This document shows positions 48,545-57,118 of a stretch of DNA of 64,000 nucleotides, one piece after another. Below the pieces are notes generated by a model. The model was given only the letters and a program-made list of their open reading frames with translations. It was not told where the DNA came from and made no database searches. Each line of letters starts with the position of its first letter. Within the stretch, counting starts at the first letter, position 1. The stretch comes from Fibrobacteria bacterium (GTDB lineage: Bacteria; Fibrobacterota; Chitinivibrionia; Chitinivibrionales; FEN-1185), in NCBI GenBank assembly GCA_037447435.1, contig JBBIGR010000017.1, positions 1 to 64,000 on the forward strand, written 5' to 3'. The position numbers and the translations under genes were made by a program.

Positions 48545-50248
48545 TTATTTGTAATTCAACTGTTCTTTTTTCTTCATAAGCAATCGCCAGATTTTATCCA
48601 CAAGTTCTTTACCTGAAAACGGTTTTACGATAAAATCGCCGGCCCCCGAAGCAAAGCATTTTTGGATTTCGCTGCTTTGCGATCCTGCCGAGAAAAAAGC
48701 AATCGGAATGCTTTTTGTTTCCTCCTGAGAGCGTAGAATGCGGCATACTCTATACCCGTCGATTCCCGACAAATACGAATCGACCAGGATTACAGAAGGC
48801 ATATGCTCGAACGCCATGGCCAATCCCGCTTCTCCGCTTTCAGCGACAAGAACCTCGAAAATATTTTCAAGTACCATTCGGGAAATTTCTATTGCTTCCC
48901 TATCGCTGTCTATGAATAAAATAGAGGGCTTTTTATCGACATTGTCTGCGGATTGATGCTGTTCCCGTATCTTTTCTTCCTGGATTTCAGAAATACGGAT
49001 GGTTTTCGTCTCATCATCGTCCCATTCGATTTTAGCCTCAATGGGCATTACGACATGAAATTGACTACCCGGAAATTTATTTTTATCGGACGGTCCTTCA
49101 CTTTCGACCCAAATCCTGCCGCCGTGACGCTCTACTATTCCTTTAACTATAGAAAGACCGAGTCCCGTGCCGCCGCCCATGAACTTTGAAAAATCGGTAC
49201 TGTGCCTGGTTGCATTTCCCACTTCGTAAAAGGGATCGAAGATTTTCTTTTGTTCGCTTTTATCTATGCCGATACCCTGGTCTTTGACAATGATGTGAAA
49301 TTCCGACTTATTGTATAATTCGATGCGGACCTCAATAAGCGAATCGTCGGGTGAGAATTTCAAGGAATTTGAACAGAGGTTGGTGAACAACTGCTGCATA
49401 CGCATCGTATCGCCGCGAAATTTCGGTAAATTATCGGCCAATATACACTCTACTCGAATGTTGCGTTTTGCGGAAAATTGCGATAATTCGTCGATACATT
49501 CTCTGGCAACTGTACCCAAATCCATGAGTTCCGGCTTAAGGCGAAGTCTTTTTTGTTCTATGCGGGTCACATCGAGGATGTTATTGACTACACGATGCAG
49601 GCGGTCTGCCGCTCGGTTGATGCTCTCGATCATTCTGTAGATACCGCCGTCCAATTTTTCTTTCATTGTGTCGATAATTATGTCTGAATACCCTTTAATG
49701 GAAGTGAGCGGCGTTTTCAGTTCATGGGAAGCGATGCTGAGAAAATTCGACTTTAACTCGCTCACCCGACGCAGTTCTGCGTTTGAACGAATGAGCTCGG
49801 AATTGATTTTGGCTAGTTCAAGGTTTTTCTTTTCAATTTGATCGGCGGATTTGACCTCTTCAGTGATGTCTTTGAATTCAAGAGCAAAAACCGTTTCATT
49901 TTTAACGGTATCTTCTATTAAAAAGGCATGCAACGAACAAAGTATCTCATTACCGCCTTTACATATGATTACCGTTTTAACGTCGCAGTTTTTATCACGA
50001 AGCAAAGTATCTCGGATTTCAGGCCAGCCTATTCCCTGACCCGACTCGGAAATGATGGATTCGACATGGGTGCCGGACAAGGAATCGCGTCCGTACTTAA
50101 GGTCTTTTTCCGTAAACCCGTTGGCATATAAAATCGTACCGTCTGTTTTCGTGATTAAAATATCTTCAGGTGTATGTTCAACGATGCGTGCCATCAAATA
50201 CAAATCGTCTTGAATTTCCTTAGAAAATTTATTTTTTCCCAACAACAT
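48545..50248 (-). CDS. Cytoplasmic hybrid histidine kinase (PAS-HisKA-HATPase-REC)
   Basis: ASHELKTPL, NLCSNSLKF, DQGIG, GTGLGL, C-terminal REC (ILVDSY..KPF). Confidence 0.93.
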   Translation of the reverse strand: MLLGKNKFSKEIQDDLYLMARIVEHTPEDILITKTDGTILYANGFTEKDLKYGRDSLSGTHVESIISESGQGIGWPEIRDTLLRDKNCDVKTVIICKGGNEILCSLHAFLIEDTVKNETVFALEFKDITEEVKSADQIEKKNLELAKINSELIRSNAELRRVSELKSNFLSIASHELKTPLTSIKGYSDIIIDTMKEKLDGGIYRMIESINRAADRLHRVVNNILDVTRIEQKRLRLKPELMDLGTVARECIDELSQFSAKRNIRVECILADNLPKFRGDTMRMQQLFTNLCSNSLKFSPDDSLIEVRIELYNKSEFHIIVKDQGIGIDKSEQKKIFDPFYEVGNATRHSTDFSKFMGGGTGLGLSIVKGIVERHGGRIWVESEGPSDKNKFPGSQFHVVMPIEAKIEWDDDETKTIRISEIQEEKIREQHQSADNVDKKPSILFIDSDREAIEISRMVLENIFEVLVAESGEAGLAMAFEHMPSVILVDSYLSGIDGYRVCRILRSQEETKSIPIAFFSAGSQSSEIQKCFASGAGDFIVKPFSGKELVDKIWRLLMKKKEQLNYK

Positions 50249-50329
50249 TGTATTTCCGTATTGAAAAAGGTATTCTAACCAAGAATTACAAAAAAACTTA
50301 TTCTAAGACTAAAATCAAGAATTTCCGAC

Positions 50330-50902
50330 TCAGAACTTTACTTCAGGCGCTTTTTGCGCCGCTTTGTCTGCTTCAAAAAACGGTTTTCTGGTCAAGTTCA
50401 TTTGCTTTGCAACAATTTGTTCAACAAGCCCGCGAATTGCCGTATTATACATTTGTACAACTTCGTTGTATCGTCTTCTTTCGGTCGAGATCCTGTTTTC
50501 CGTGCCTTCGAGTTGAGCCATAAGATCCCTGAAATTTTCATTCGCTTTAAGATTGGGATATTGTTCGGTGACCACCAGCAATCGTCCGAGCGCAGATGTC
50601 AGATCTTTATTTGCGTTTATTTTGTCGGGTATCGTTTGGGCGGAGCCGACACGAGCGCGAGCCTCGGTGACTTCGGTCAAGACTTTCTCCTCATGAGTCG
50701 CATACCCTTTAACGGTATTGACAAGATTCGGAATAAGGTCGAGCCTTCTTTGCAATTGATTTTCAACTTGGGCCCAAGCGGAATTTACTGTTTCGTCGAG
50801 CCTGACGAATTTATTATATGTCGAAGAAAACCATGACCAAACCAGTAAACCTATGACAATAACGACAGCCAGACCGATCAATAGTTTTGTTGTTGTTTTC
50901 AT
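50330..50902 (-). CDS. lemA: LemA family protein
   Basis: QRRLDLIPNLV, EQYPNLKAN, LEGTENRI. Confidence 0.95.
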   Translation of the reverse strand: MKTTTKLLIGLAVVIVIGLLVWSWFSSTYNKFVRLDETVNSAWAQVENQLQRRLDLIPNLVNTVKGYATHEEKVLTEVTEARARVGSAQTIPDKINANKDLTSALGRLLVVTEQYPNLKANENFRDLMAQLEGTENRISTERRRYNEVVQMYNTAIRGLVEQIVAKQMNLTRKPFFEADKAAQKAPEVKF

Positions 50903-51636
50903 TATGCTTCCTTTTTATTTGTTTCAGAATCGACCGTTTTAATAAGTGCATCTATAGTTAAGGCAAATTGACCGATGATCTCGTTTAGCGATCGTTTGGT
51001 GCCGATTTTCGTATGCGGTACGCATAATTCAGTAAAAACGGAAATCCCAAGGTTATATAATTCTTCGACCGCTATGATGATATCGCATTTAAGCTTTGGA
51101 ATAGCCCGATCGTTAAGTACCAATAATGCTTTAAATACGGGTAATAATGTTTTAAGCGACGATACCAGCAAGTTTCCCAGTATTTTTTTATTATCATTGG
51201 TCCGTATATATTCACGGCGGAAATGCAGGGCTATGCCCTTTAATTCACGTTCGCATTGCAGCCGGACATGTTCTTTTTGTATATCAAGCCTGCTGAAAAC
51301 ATCATCGCCGAATAATACTTTGTAATTGGAACGCATATCAATAAATTCGATCGGATACGTATCAAGAGATGAATTTATATATTCCCTTGTCATAAAAAAC
51401 GGCGTAACGACATTCTTCTTTGCCCAGTATGCTGCAATCGATAAACCTTTTGACAATTCTGCAATTTGATCTTTTTGTAAAACGATTATCGTATTGATGT
51501 CGGAAATGCCGGGCTTGTATTCATGGGATACCGCACTGCCGTACATGATGACACTTGACAAATTGTCGCCGAATGCGTTTTTGTAATCGGTAACATATGT
51601 ATCGACTATGTCGTTGGGATTTCGAATTATTCCCAC
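50902..51636 (-). CDS. Nucleotidyltransferase-fold protein
   Basis: MYGSAV...SDIN, DTYPIEF; between TPM and lemA. Confidence 0.75.
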   Translation of the reverse strand: MGIIRNPNDIVDTYVTDYKNAFGDNLSSVIMYGSAVSHEYKPGISDINTIIVLQKDQIAELSKGLSIAAYWAKKNVVTPFFMTREYINSSLDTYPIEFIDMRSNYKVLFGDDVFSRLDIQKEHVRLQCERELKGIALHFRREYIRTNDNKKILGNLLVSSLKTLLPVFKALLVLNDRAIPKLKCDIIIAVEELYNLGISVFTELCVPHTKIGTKRSLNEIIGQFALTIDALIKTVDSETNKKEA

Positions 51637-51645
51637 AAATTCTCC

Positions 51646-52437
51646 TTAAAACCTTCCAGAGGCACCGCCGCCGCCGCTCATTCCGCCGCCAAAACCGGAA
51701 AACCCGCCGCCGCCGAATCCGCCGCCGAATCCCTTACCGCTTGACCGGCCGGATGAAATAGAGGAAAGAAGCATAAAAAACAAAAGCGAGCGCCCACCCC
51801 TGGTTGAAAGTAAAAATAATAAGATAACACCGGCAAAAAGCAAACCAAATGCATTGATTTTTTTAGGCCTGCCTTGTACTTGCACACGATAATCCGAATA
51901 GGTATTGCTGGATATTTCGGCCAATGAAGTATTATGCGCTTTTGCGGCCAAGCTTGCCAACGCAAGCATGATCGCTTCCGATCCTTTGTCCCAATTTTGT
52001 TGCGTAAGTAAAGGCCCATTTTCCCGAATGATGCGACTGGCAAGGATGTCGGGCACGTATCCTTCGGAACCGTATCCCGTTTCTATCCGTATTTGTCTGT
52101 CTTGCGTTGCAATCAAAACCAAAAGTCCTTCGTCGACACCTTTTTTCCCTATTCCCCATTTTTCAAAAAGTCGAGTTGCAAAATCATTGATATCGTTTCC
52201 ATCAAGCGTTGGTATTGTCACCAATACTAAAGAAACCCCTGTTTTATTTGAAAGCATCGTTGAAACCGATCCAAGCGTTTGTTTCGTACCCGAAGATAAT
52301 ACGTTGGAAAAATCGTTAATCGCACCCTGCGGAGACGCATTGAATATGTCGAAAGCAAATGTTTGAAAAGCAAGAAACAGGAAAATGGTAGCGGATTGCA
52401 AAAGACGATTAAATTTGTTTTGGTGCATGACAGCCAT
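51646..52437 (-). CDS. TPM-domain (DUF477/YgcG) membrane protein
   Basis: INDFSNVL, FEKWGIG, RIETGYG, Gly-rich tail GGGMSGGGGASGRF. Confidence 0.92.
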   Translation of the reverse strand: MAVMHQNKFNRLLQSATIFLFLAFQTFAFDIFNASPQGAINDFSNVLSSGTKQTLGSVSTMLSNKTGVSLVLVTIPTLDGNDINDFATRLFEKWGIGKKGVDEGLLVLIATQDRQIRIETGYGSEGYVPDILASRIIRENGPLLTQQNWDKGSEAIMLALASLAAKAHNTSLAEISSNTYSDYRVQVQGRPKKINAFGLLFAGVILLFLLSTRGGRSLLFFMLLSSISSGRSSGKGFGGGFGGGGFSGFGGGMSGGGGASGRF

Positions 52438-52450
52438 TAATCTCGGATAT

Positions 52451-53317
52451 TCACGATTGTTTTAATATGCTTATTTCCTTTTGAAGCTTTTCGACTTCCT
52501 CGAAATTTTCATCGTTGACTTGCCGGATTTTTTTCGCGTACAATTCCAGTAATTTAAAATGCTTTGACGTAAGCTCCTGTTCATCGGCAATTATCGAAAC
52601 AATTGCATCCACATCTTCTTTAAAACGATAGCCATGCAAAAAATCCCGAAATAATTTTTCTGCTGCGGAAAAAACCTTTTTTTCCTTCCGGCAATACAGC
52701 ATGTTCGGGATAAAATCTTTCATGATTTTTTCTTCGATGTGCATTTCCGGAGAATAAAACGGCTTTTTAGGAGGTTCGTTTCTCTCGATTTGCGAAATAA
52801 GAGATTCGATTTCGATGCGGACTTTTTCGATTTCCTGTTCACGAAACCGTGCCTGATATAAAATCGGGAGCGAGTTGACGCTTAAAATCGCATTGCCGAC
52901 GTTTTTAAAATAGCCTGCGAAAAACACGTCTCCGTTTTGCGACATTATGTCATCGACCGATGCAAACGAAACGATTTTTGCCGGGGTTGGGATGAAATCC
53001 TCAAGTTCGTCGATGTTTTCCATTTTTTCTTTGAGTTTGTCGGGATCCAATGCGGATTCGAGACCACCCAATTTGTCAAGAAATTCCTCCAGCCCCTCTT
53101 CAAGTGAGATACCCATCTCGGATTTTAAAAAATCCTTAAGGTTGTTCTGTTCCTTATAATTGCCTTGGGCTACCAAAAGGCCGTTGTGAACCATTGACGC
53201 AATAGGATGTTTCATGGCCATTAAATCGGCAGTATCGACATCGATGATCGCGTAAACGGTCAATCGTCCGTCAAGTTTGAGCGCATCGCCTTTTTTCTGT
53301 TCTATCCCGAGTGCCAT
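52451..53317 (-). CDS. Hypothetical protein with C-terminal UVR-like helix pair
   Basis: Acidic helical ORF ending ENFEEVEKLQKEISILK; start uncertain. Confidence 0.6.
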   Translation of the reverse strand: MALGIEQKKGDALKLDGRLTVYAIIDVDTADLMAMKHPIASMVHNGLLVAQGNYKEQNNLKDFLKSEMGISLEEGLEEFLDKLGGLESALDPDKLKEKMENIDELEDFIPTPAKIVSFASVDDIMSQNGDVFFAGYFKNVGNAILSVNSLPILYQARFREQEIEKVRIEIESLISQIERNEPPKKPFYSPEMHIEEKIMKDFIPNMLYCRKEKKVFSAAEKLFRDFLHGYRFKEDVDAIVSIIADEQELTSKHFKLLELYAKKIRQVNDENFEEVEKLQKEISILKQS

Positions 53318-53465
53318 TACCGTGAGCTTTCTTTTTTTTCGGAGAGGTAGATTATGATTTTTTAAAATACATGCTGCTCTGTTACAGATTTTAAAAATTA
53401 AGCCCGAAACAAAGAATGTTCCGGGCTTATAATACCGCAAGGTATGCGGAAACAAAAGAGTTGGT

Positions 53466-54680
53466 TTACGCCAAAAGTTTGCTTACCACTGGAGCGGAAA
53501 TACGGTCGTAATCGGGCATTGTTCCGATTAGAGGACGAGCATAGTTTTTAAACGCATCGGTGACCGTTGAATTTGCGACATCGATGAATTCATCCGGCAT
53601 ATGCTTTGTATCTTTGGCAACGGTTTCGAGCGGCGTAAGGAAATACTCGACCGAATAATCGCCGGTTCTGCGTATCGCCACGCTGCCGCCGACATCCGCC
53701 CAAACCGAGAATTGGACGGCTTTTTCGCCGACTTCGCGAGCTTCCTGTGCGTCAATTTCAGATACGCAGCCGAGGAAACTACGCTGCAGATATCCGAATG
53801 TGTCGCAGCGAACGCGTTTGATTTTGAGTTTGTCTTTGACAAGACCGGAAAGTGCGTCGCCGAGAGCGCCGGTTCCGGAGAGCTGCACGTTGCCGTGAGC
53901 GTCTTTTTCCGCATTCTTCGACAAAGAAGCAATAATCGGAGTGCCGTCTTTGTCGGTAATACCTTCGGATGCCGCAATGATGCAACGCCCGTATTTTTTA
54001 TAGTTTTTGTCAACATCGGCAAGGAATTTATCGGAATCAAACGGTTTTTCCGGAAGGTAAATGCAATGCGGACCGTCATCCGGAAATTTTTTGGCAAAAA
54101 TCGAAGAAGCTGTAAGCCAACCTGCATTGCGTCCCATGATAACGGCAATATAAACGCCGGGAAGGCTGCGATTGTCGAGGTTAAGGCCCGCAAAAGCAAG
54201 GCTTACAAAGCGTCCTGCGGAACCAAAGCCGGGACAATGGTCTGTTGTGCGAAGGTCGTTATCGATTGTTTTTGGAATATGAACAACGCGAAGTTCATAT
54301 CCTGCCTGTTTCGCATTGTCGTTGACGATTCTGCAAGTGTCGGCCGAATCATTGCCGCCGATGTAATAAAAATAGCGGACATCGTGTGCCTTAAGAACCT
54401 TGAATATTTTTGCGCAATATTCTGCATCGGGCTTGTCTCGTGTGGAAAACATTGCCGAAGACGGCGATACTGCAACTTTTTCGAGGTTATGCGTTGTCGC
54501 TTGCGTGAGATCTAAAAAATCTTCTTTCACAATACCGCTCACCCCGTGCATCGCACCGTAAATGTTTTCGATGCAGGTATATTTTCTCGCCTGAAGAACG
54601 GCACCGACAAGGCTTTGATTGATAACCGCAGTCGGTCCTCCGCCCTGCGCAATAACTGCTTTTCCAACAAGTTTAGCCAC
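53466..54680 (-). CDS. pfp: 6-phosphofructokinase, probably PPi-dependent
   Basis: QGGGPTAVIN, IGGNDS, PKTIDND, MGRNAGW; GTG start after AAGGAG. Confidence 0.9.
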   Translation of the reverse strand: MAKLVGKAVIAQGGGPTAVINQSLVGAVLQARKYTCIENIYGAMHGVSGIVKEDFLDLTQATTHNLEKVAVSPSSAMFSTRDKPDAEYCAKIFKVLKAHDVRYFYYIGGNDSADTCRIVNDNAKQAGYELRVVHIPKTIDNDLRTTDHCPGFGSAGRFVSLAFAGLNLDNRSLPGVYIAVIMGRNAGWLTASSIFAKKFPDDGPHCIYLPEKPFDSDKFLADVDKNYKKYGRCIIAASEGITDKDGTPIIASLSKNAEKDAHGNVQLSGTGALGDALSGLVKDKLKIKRVRCDTFGYLQRSFLGCVSEIDAQEAREVGEKAVQFSVWADVGGSVAIRRTGDYSVEYFLTPLETVAKDTKHMPDEFIDVANSTVTDAFKNYARPLIGTMPDYDRISAPVVSKLLA

Positions 54681-54856
54681 AGTAAAAGCTCCTTTTGAAT
54701 GATGAAACGGAATTTATCGGCAAATAACTATAAATCGAGTCTGTAAAAATAGCAGATTTTTATGTAAATTTCAAGGAAAGGATAATAAAAAAACGCTACC
54801 CTTATATTGCTTATTGCTCTATTTTGGGTTTTTAGTTACGAGCAATTAAAAAAATG

Positions 54857-54890
54857 AAAAAGGCAAGCCACCCTTTTCCGATGACTCGCC
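54857..54890 (-). terminator. Intrinsic terminator after the cohesin-dockerin gene
   Basis: Minus strand GGCGAGTCATC-loop-GGTGGCTTGCC followed by TTTTT. Confidence 0.7.
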
Positions 54891-54909
54891 CACAGTGCGA
54901 ACGGAGAGG

Positions 54910-56970
54910 CTATCGCCCTGTTATTGGAATTTTAGCCGTATGGGTATCATTTCCACTGGTGATTTTGAATAAATACAACCCGGTTTTAAAAAGTTTTTTA
55001 TCAAGAATGAGAATCGGGCTGTTCGAAAAGTCATTTTTAAAAATTAATCTCCCCAATATATCATACAGCTGAACGGTTACGGATTTTTTGGGGAAATTTC
55101 GAAGAACTATTTGACTTTTGAAAACTTCAATCTGGGGAGATGTTGACGGCATCTGCAATGACCGATTGCTTTTTACCGGAATCGAGACAAATGTTGCCGG
55201 GATTTTTCCTTCGTTGACAAGAGCGTTTTTAATCGACATTCCGGATTCAATGATTCCCGGTTTTTGTTGCACCGTGACGACAAATAAATCGAGGTCGGTG
55301 CTGTCGATTTGATCATTAGTTGTTAAAGCAGCACTATAGCACTGTTGCGAATTATCGTATTGCGCACGCAAATTGGCATTACGGATCTTCGGAGAAATGT
55401 CCTTAATCGTCGCAATGACCGACGGATTGCATTGTAAAACGAATTGTCCGGCAATGAAGCCTTGTATATTTTTTGCATGTAATGTGTATTGGTAAATATC
55501 CGTACCAATATTAAATGGACTGGAAAGCGTTAATTGAGCCACGGAATCGGTAATTGCTTTTGTCGAGAGTTTTTTCTGTATTGTTTTATTTTGTATCGGA
55601 AAATTTGTAAACATTCCGACACTATATTGAAATATTAATGCGGCGTCATAGCTTGAAATCGTTCCATCCCCTGTAACATCCGCGACTGTTTTGGTAAAAT
55701 TCGAACAACATTGCGTATCGGGCAAAACAACCTTACCGACAATAAATTCAAGAATCCGCGCAGCGTCGAGGGATGTCACCTCCCCGTTTCCCGTAACGTC
55801 GCCGAACAAAACCGTTGGTTTCAACACATTGATTTTTCCCGATACCGACGTTGGCGTGATAAATTTATTTTCGTCAATGCTGATATCCTGTAAATCGATT
55901 GTCGAAGATTTCCCTTGAATCGCATTTTTATTTATTACGAAGGTTCCGCGAATTAATTCACCTTCACCATAGGCGATAGATGTCGCCAAACCTCCCATTG
56001 CAACCGGTACAGGGTCAATTTTATCGGCATTGGCAATTACGCTCCAGTTTTTTGCAATACCGCTGTCTTTTGAAACGCTCACCAACTTGACTATCGATGT
56101 GTCGAAATGAAGGGCAAATTGACATGAACTGATTTTATAGTCTTCGAAATTTGTTAAATATATCGGCATTTCAATCGTGTCGCCGGGATTACCATACGCT
56201 TGTTTCATACCAAGATTGATTTTAAATTGCGGAGTCGAACTTACGGTAACGCTATTATAAGATTTTGCAATTTCGGTTGTTGATAATGCATAATTATAAA
56301 TTTTCATTTCGTCGATTTTGCCGTTAAACCAATTTCTCAGACTATTATCGGTTCCAACCTGAACCCCTATATAGGCATTTTGATGCGGTGGAATATAGCC
56401 GCCCGCATATGCTTGTTTGCCAGCTAACCGATTATTAAGATATACGCACATAGTATTACCGTCATACGTAAAAACAACATGGTACCACGTTCGCGGTTTA
56501 ATTATGGAATCGGAATAACATCCGATCCAGGATCCGGGGTTAATAGCCTGCGATAAAGTTGCTTGAATCACGCCTTGATCCGTAATTTCAAGACTATATC
56601 CTTCGGCCAAGCCCGATGCCCATGTTTGGTAACTGATAATGGTTTTATAATTTAAAAAAGAACCAGGGTTAACCAAATCGATGTACGAATAAATCCATGC
56701 CTCAATGGAAAATTGCGGTGCACTGAAATTATTTAAAGAATTTAGCACAACCGGTTTATAGGAAGTTCCTATACAATTTAATGCCTTCCCTTTTACGCCA
56801 TCTGTGAGCCCCAAATTGGTAGAAACAATCGTATATCCATGTCCCGTGCCGTCATTAAAATTTGTTCCCGTACTGGAATCAAAGGACCAACTTGCTAATA
56901 AATCCTGCCCGCAAAGCGAATTTTGAACCAGCAAAAAGACAGACAATATAGCAAGTTTTATTATAGGCAT
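54910..56970 (-). CDS. Secreted LamG, cohesin, dockerin, cohesin-like, T9SS-type CTD protein
   Basis: LamG (WSFD, FSIEAWI, WYHVVFTYDG, FNGKIDEMKIYNYALS); cohesin (PGDTIEMPIYL..QFALHFDTS); dockerin repeats GDVTGNGEVTSLDA and ADVTGDGTISSYDA; CTD LYDILGRLI..GLYLFKI; GGAGG RBS. Confidence 0.82.
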   Translation of the reverse strand: MPIIKLAILSVFLLVQNSLCGQDLLASWSFDSSTGTNFNDGTGHGYTIVSTNLGLTDGVKGKALNCIGTSYKPVVLNSLNNFSAPQFSIEAWIYSYIDLVNPGSFLNYKTIISYQTWASGLAEGYSLEITDQGVIQATLSQAINPGSWIGCYSDSIIKPRTWYHVVFTYDGNTMCVYLNNRLAGKQAYAGGYIPPHQNAYIGVQVGTDNSLRNWFNGKIDEMKIYNYALSTTEIAKSYNSVTVSSTPQFKINLGMKQAYGNPGDTIEMPIYLTNFEDYKISSCQFALHFDTSIVKLVSVSKDSGIAKNWSVIANADKIDPVPVAMGGLATSIAYGEGELIRGTFVINKNAIQGKSSTIDLQDISIDENKFITPTSVSGKINVLKPTVLFGDVTGNGEVTSLDAARILEFIVGKVVLPDTQCCSNFTKTVADVTGDGTISSYDAALIFQYSVGMFTNFPIQNKTIQKKLSTKAITDSVAQLTLSSPFNIGTDIYQYTLHAKNIQGFIAGQFVLQCNPSVIATIKDISPKIRNANLRAQYDNSQQCYSAALTTNDQIDSTDLDLFVVTVQQKPGIIESGMSIKNALVNEGKIPATFVSIPVKSNRSLQMPSTSPQIEVFKSQIVLRNFPKKSVTVQLYDILGRLIFKNDFSNSPILILDKKLFKTGLYLFKITSGNDTHTAKIPITGR

Positions 56971-57002
56971 GTAACCTCCATTTTTTTCTTATGAAAAATA
57001 GC

Positions 57003-57017
57003 GCAACATTCATACCA
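57003..57017 (-). promoter_or_regulatory. Sigma-54 (-24/-12) promoter
   Basis: TGGTATGAATGTTGC (GG-N10-GC) about 30 bp upstream of the start codon at 56970; adjacent to a bEBP gene. Confidence 0.78.
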
Positions 57018-57118
57018 GGTAAAATTTGAATTTGATTCCTTTATAATTATCAAATTCCGCCAAATGTTTTTTTAGGATAATATCAATGTCGGGATTGAGC
57101 GTGTCAAAATTGAGACGA

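Noticed and set aside
53528..54515. Long alternative-frame ORFs (223 and 304 aa) over pfp
   Set aside because: Shadow ORFs of a strongly codon-biased gene; no motifs
54714..54740. Second sigma-28 promoter upstream of pfp (GCCGATAA on the minus strand)
   Set aside because: The -10 element matches but there is no TAAA -35 element at the correct spacing
54855..54910. c-di-GMP riboswitch-like GGCAA start
   Set aside because: Lacks the GEMM consensus; explained as the minus-strand terminator
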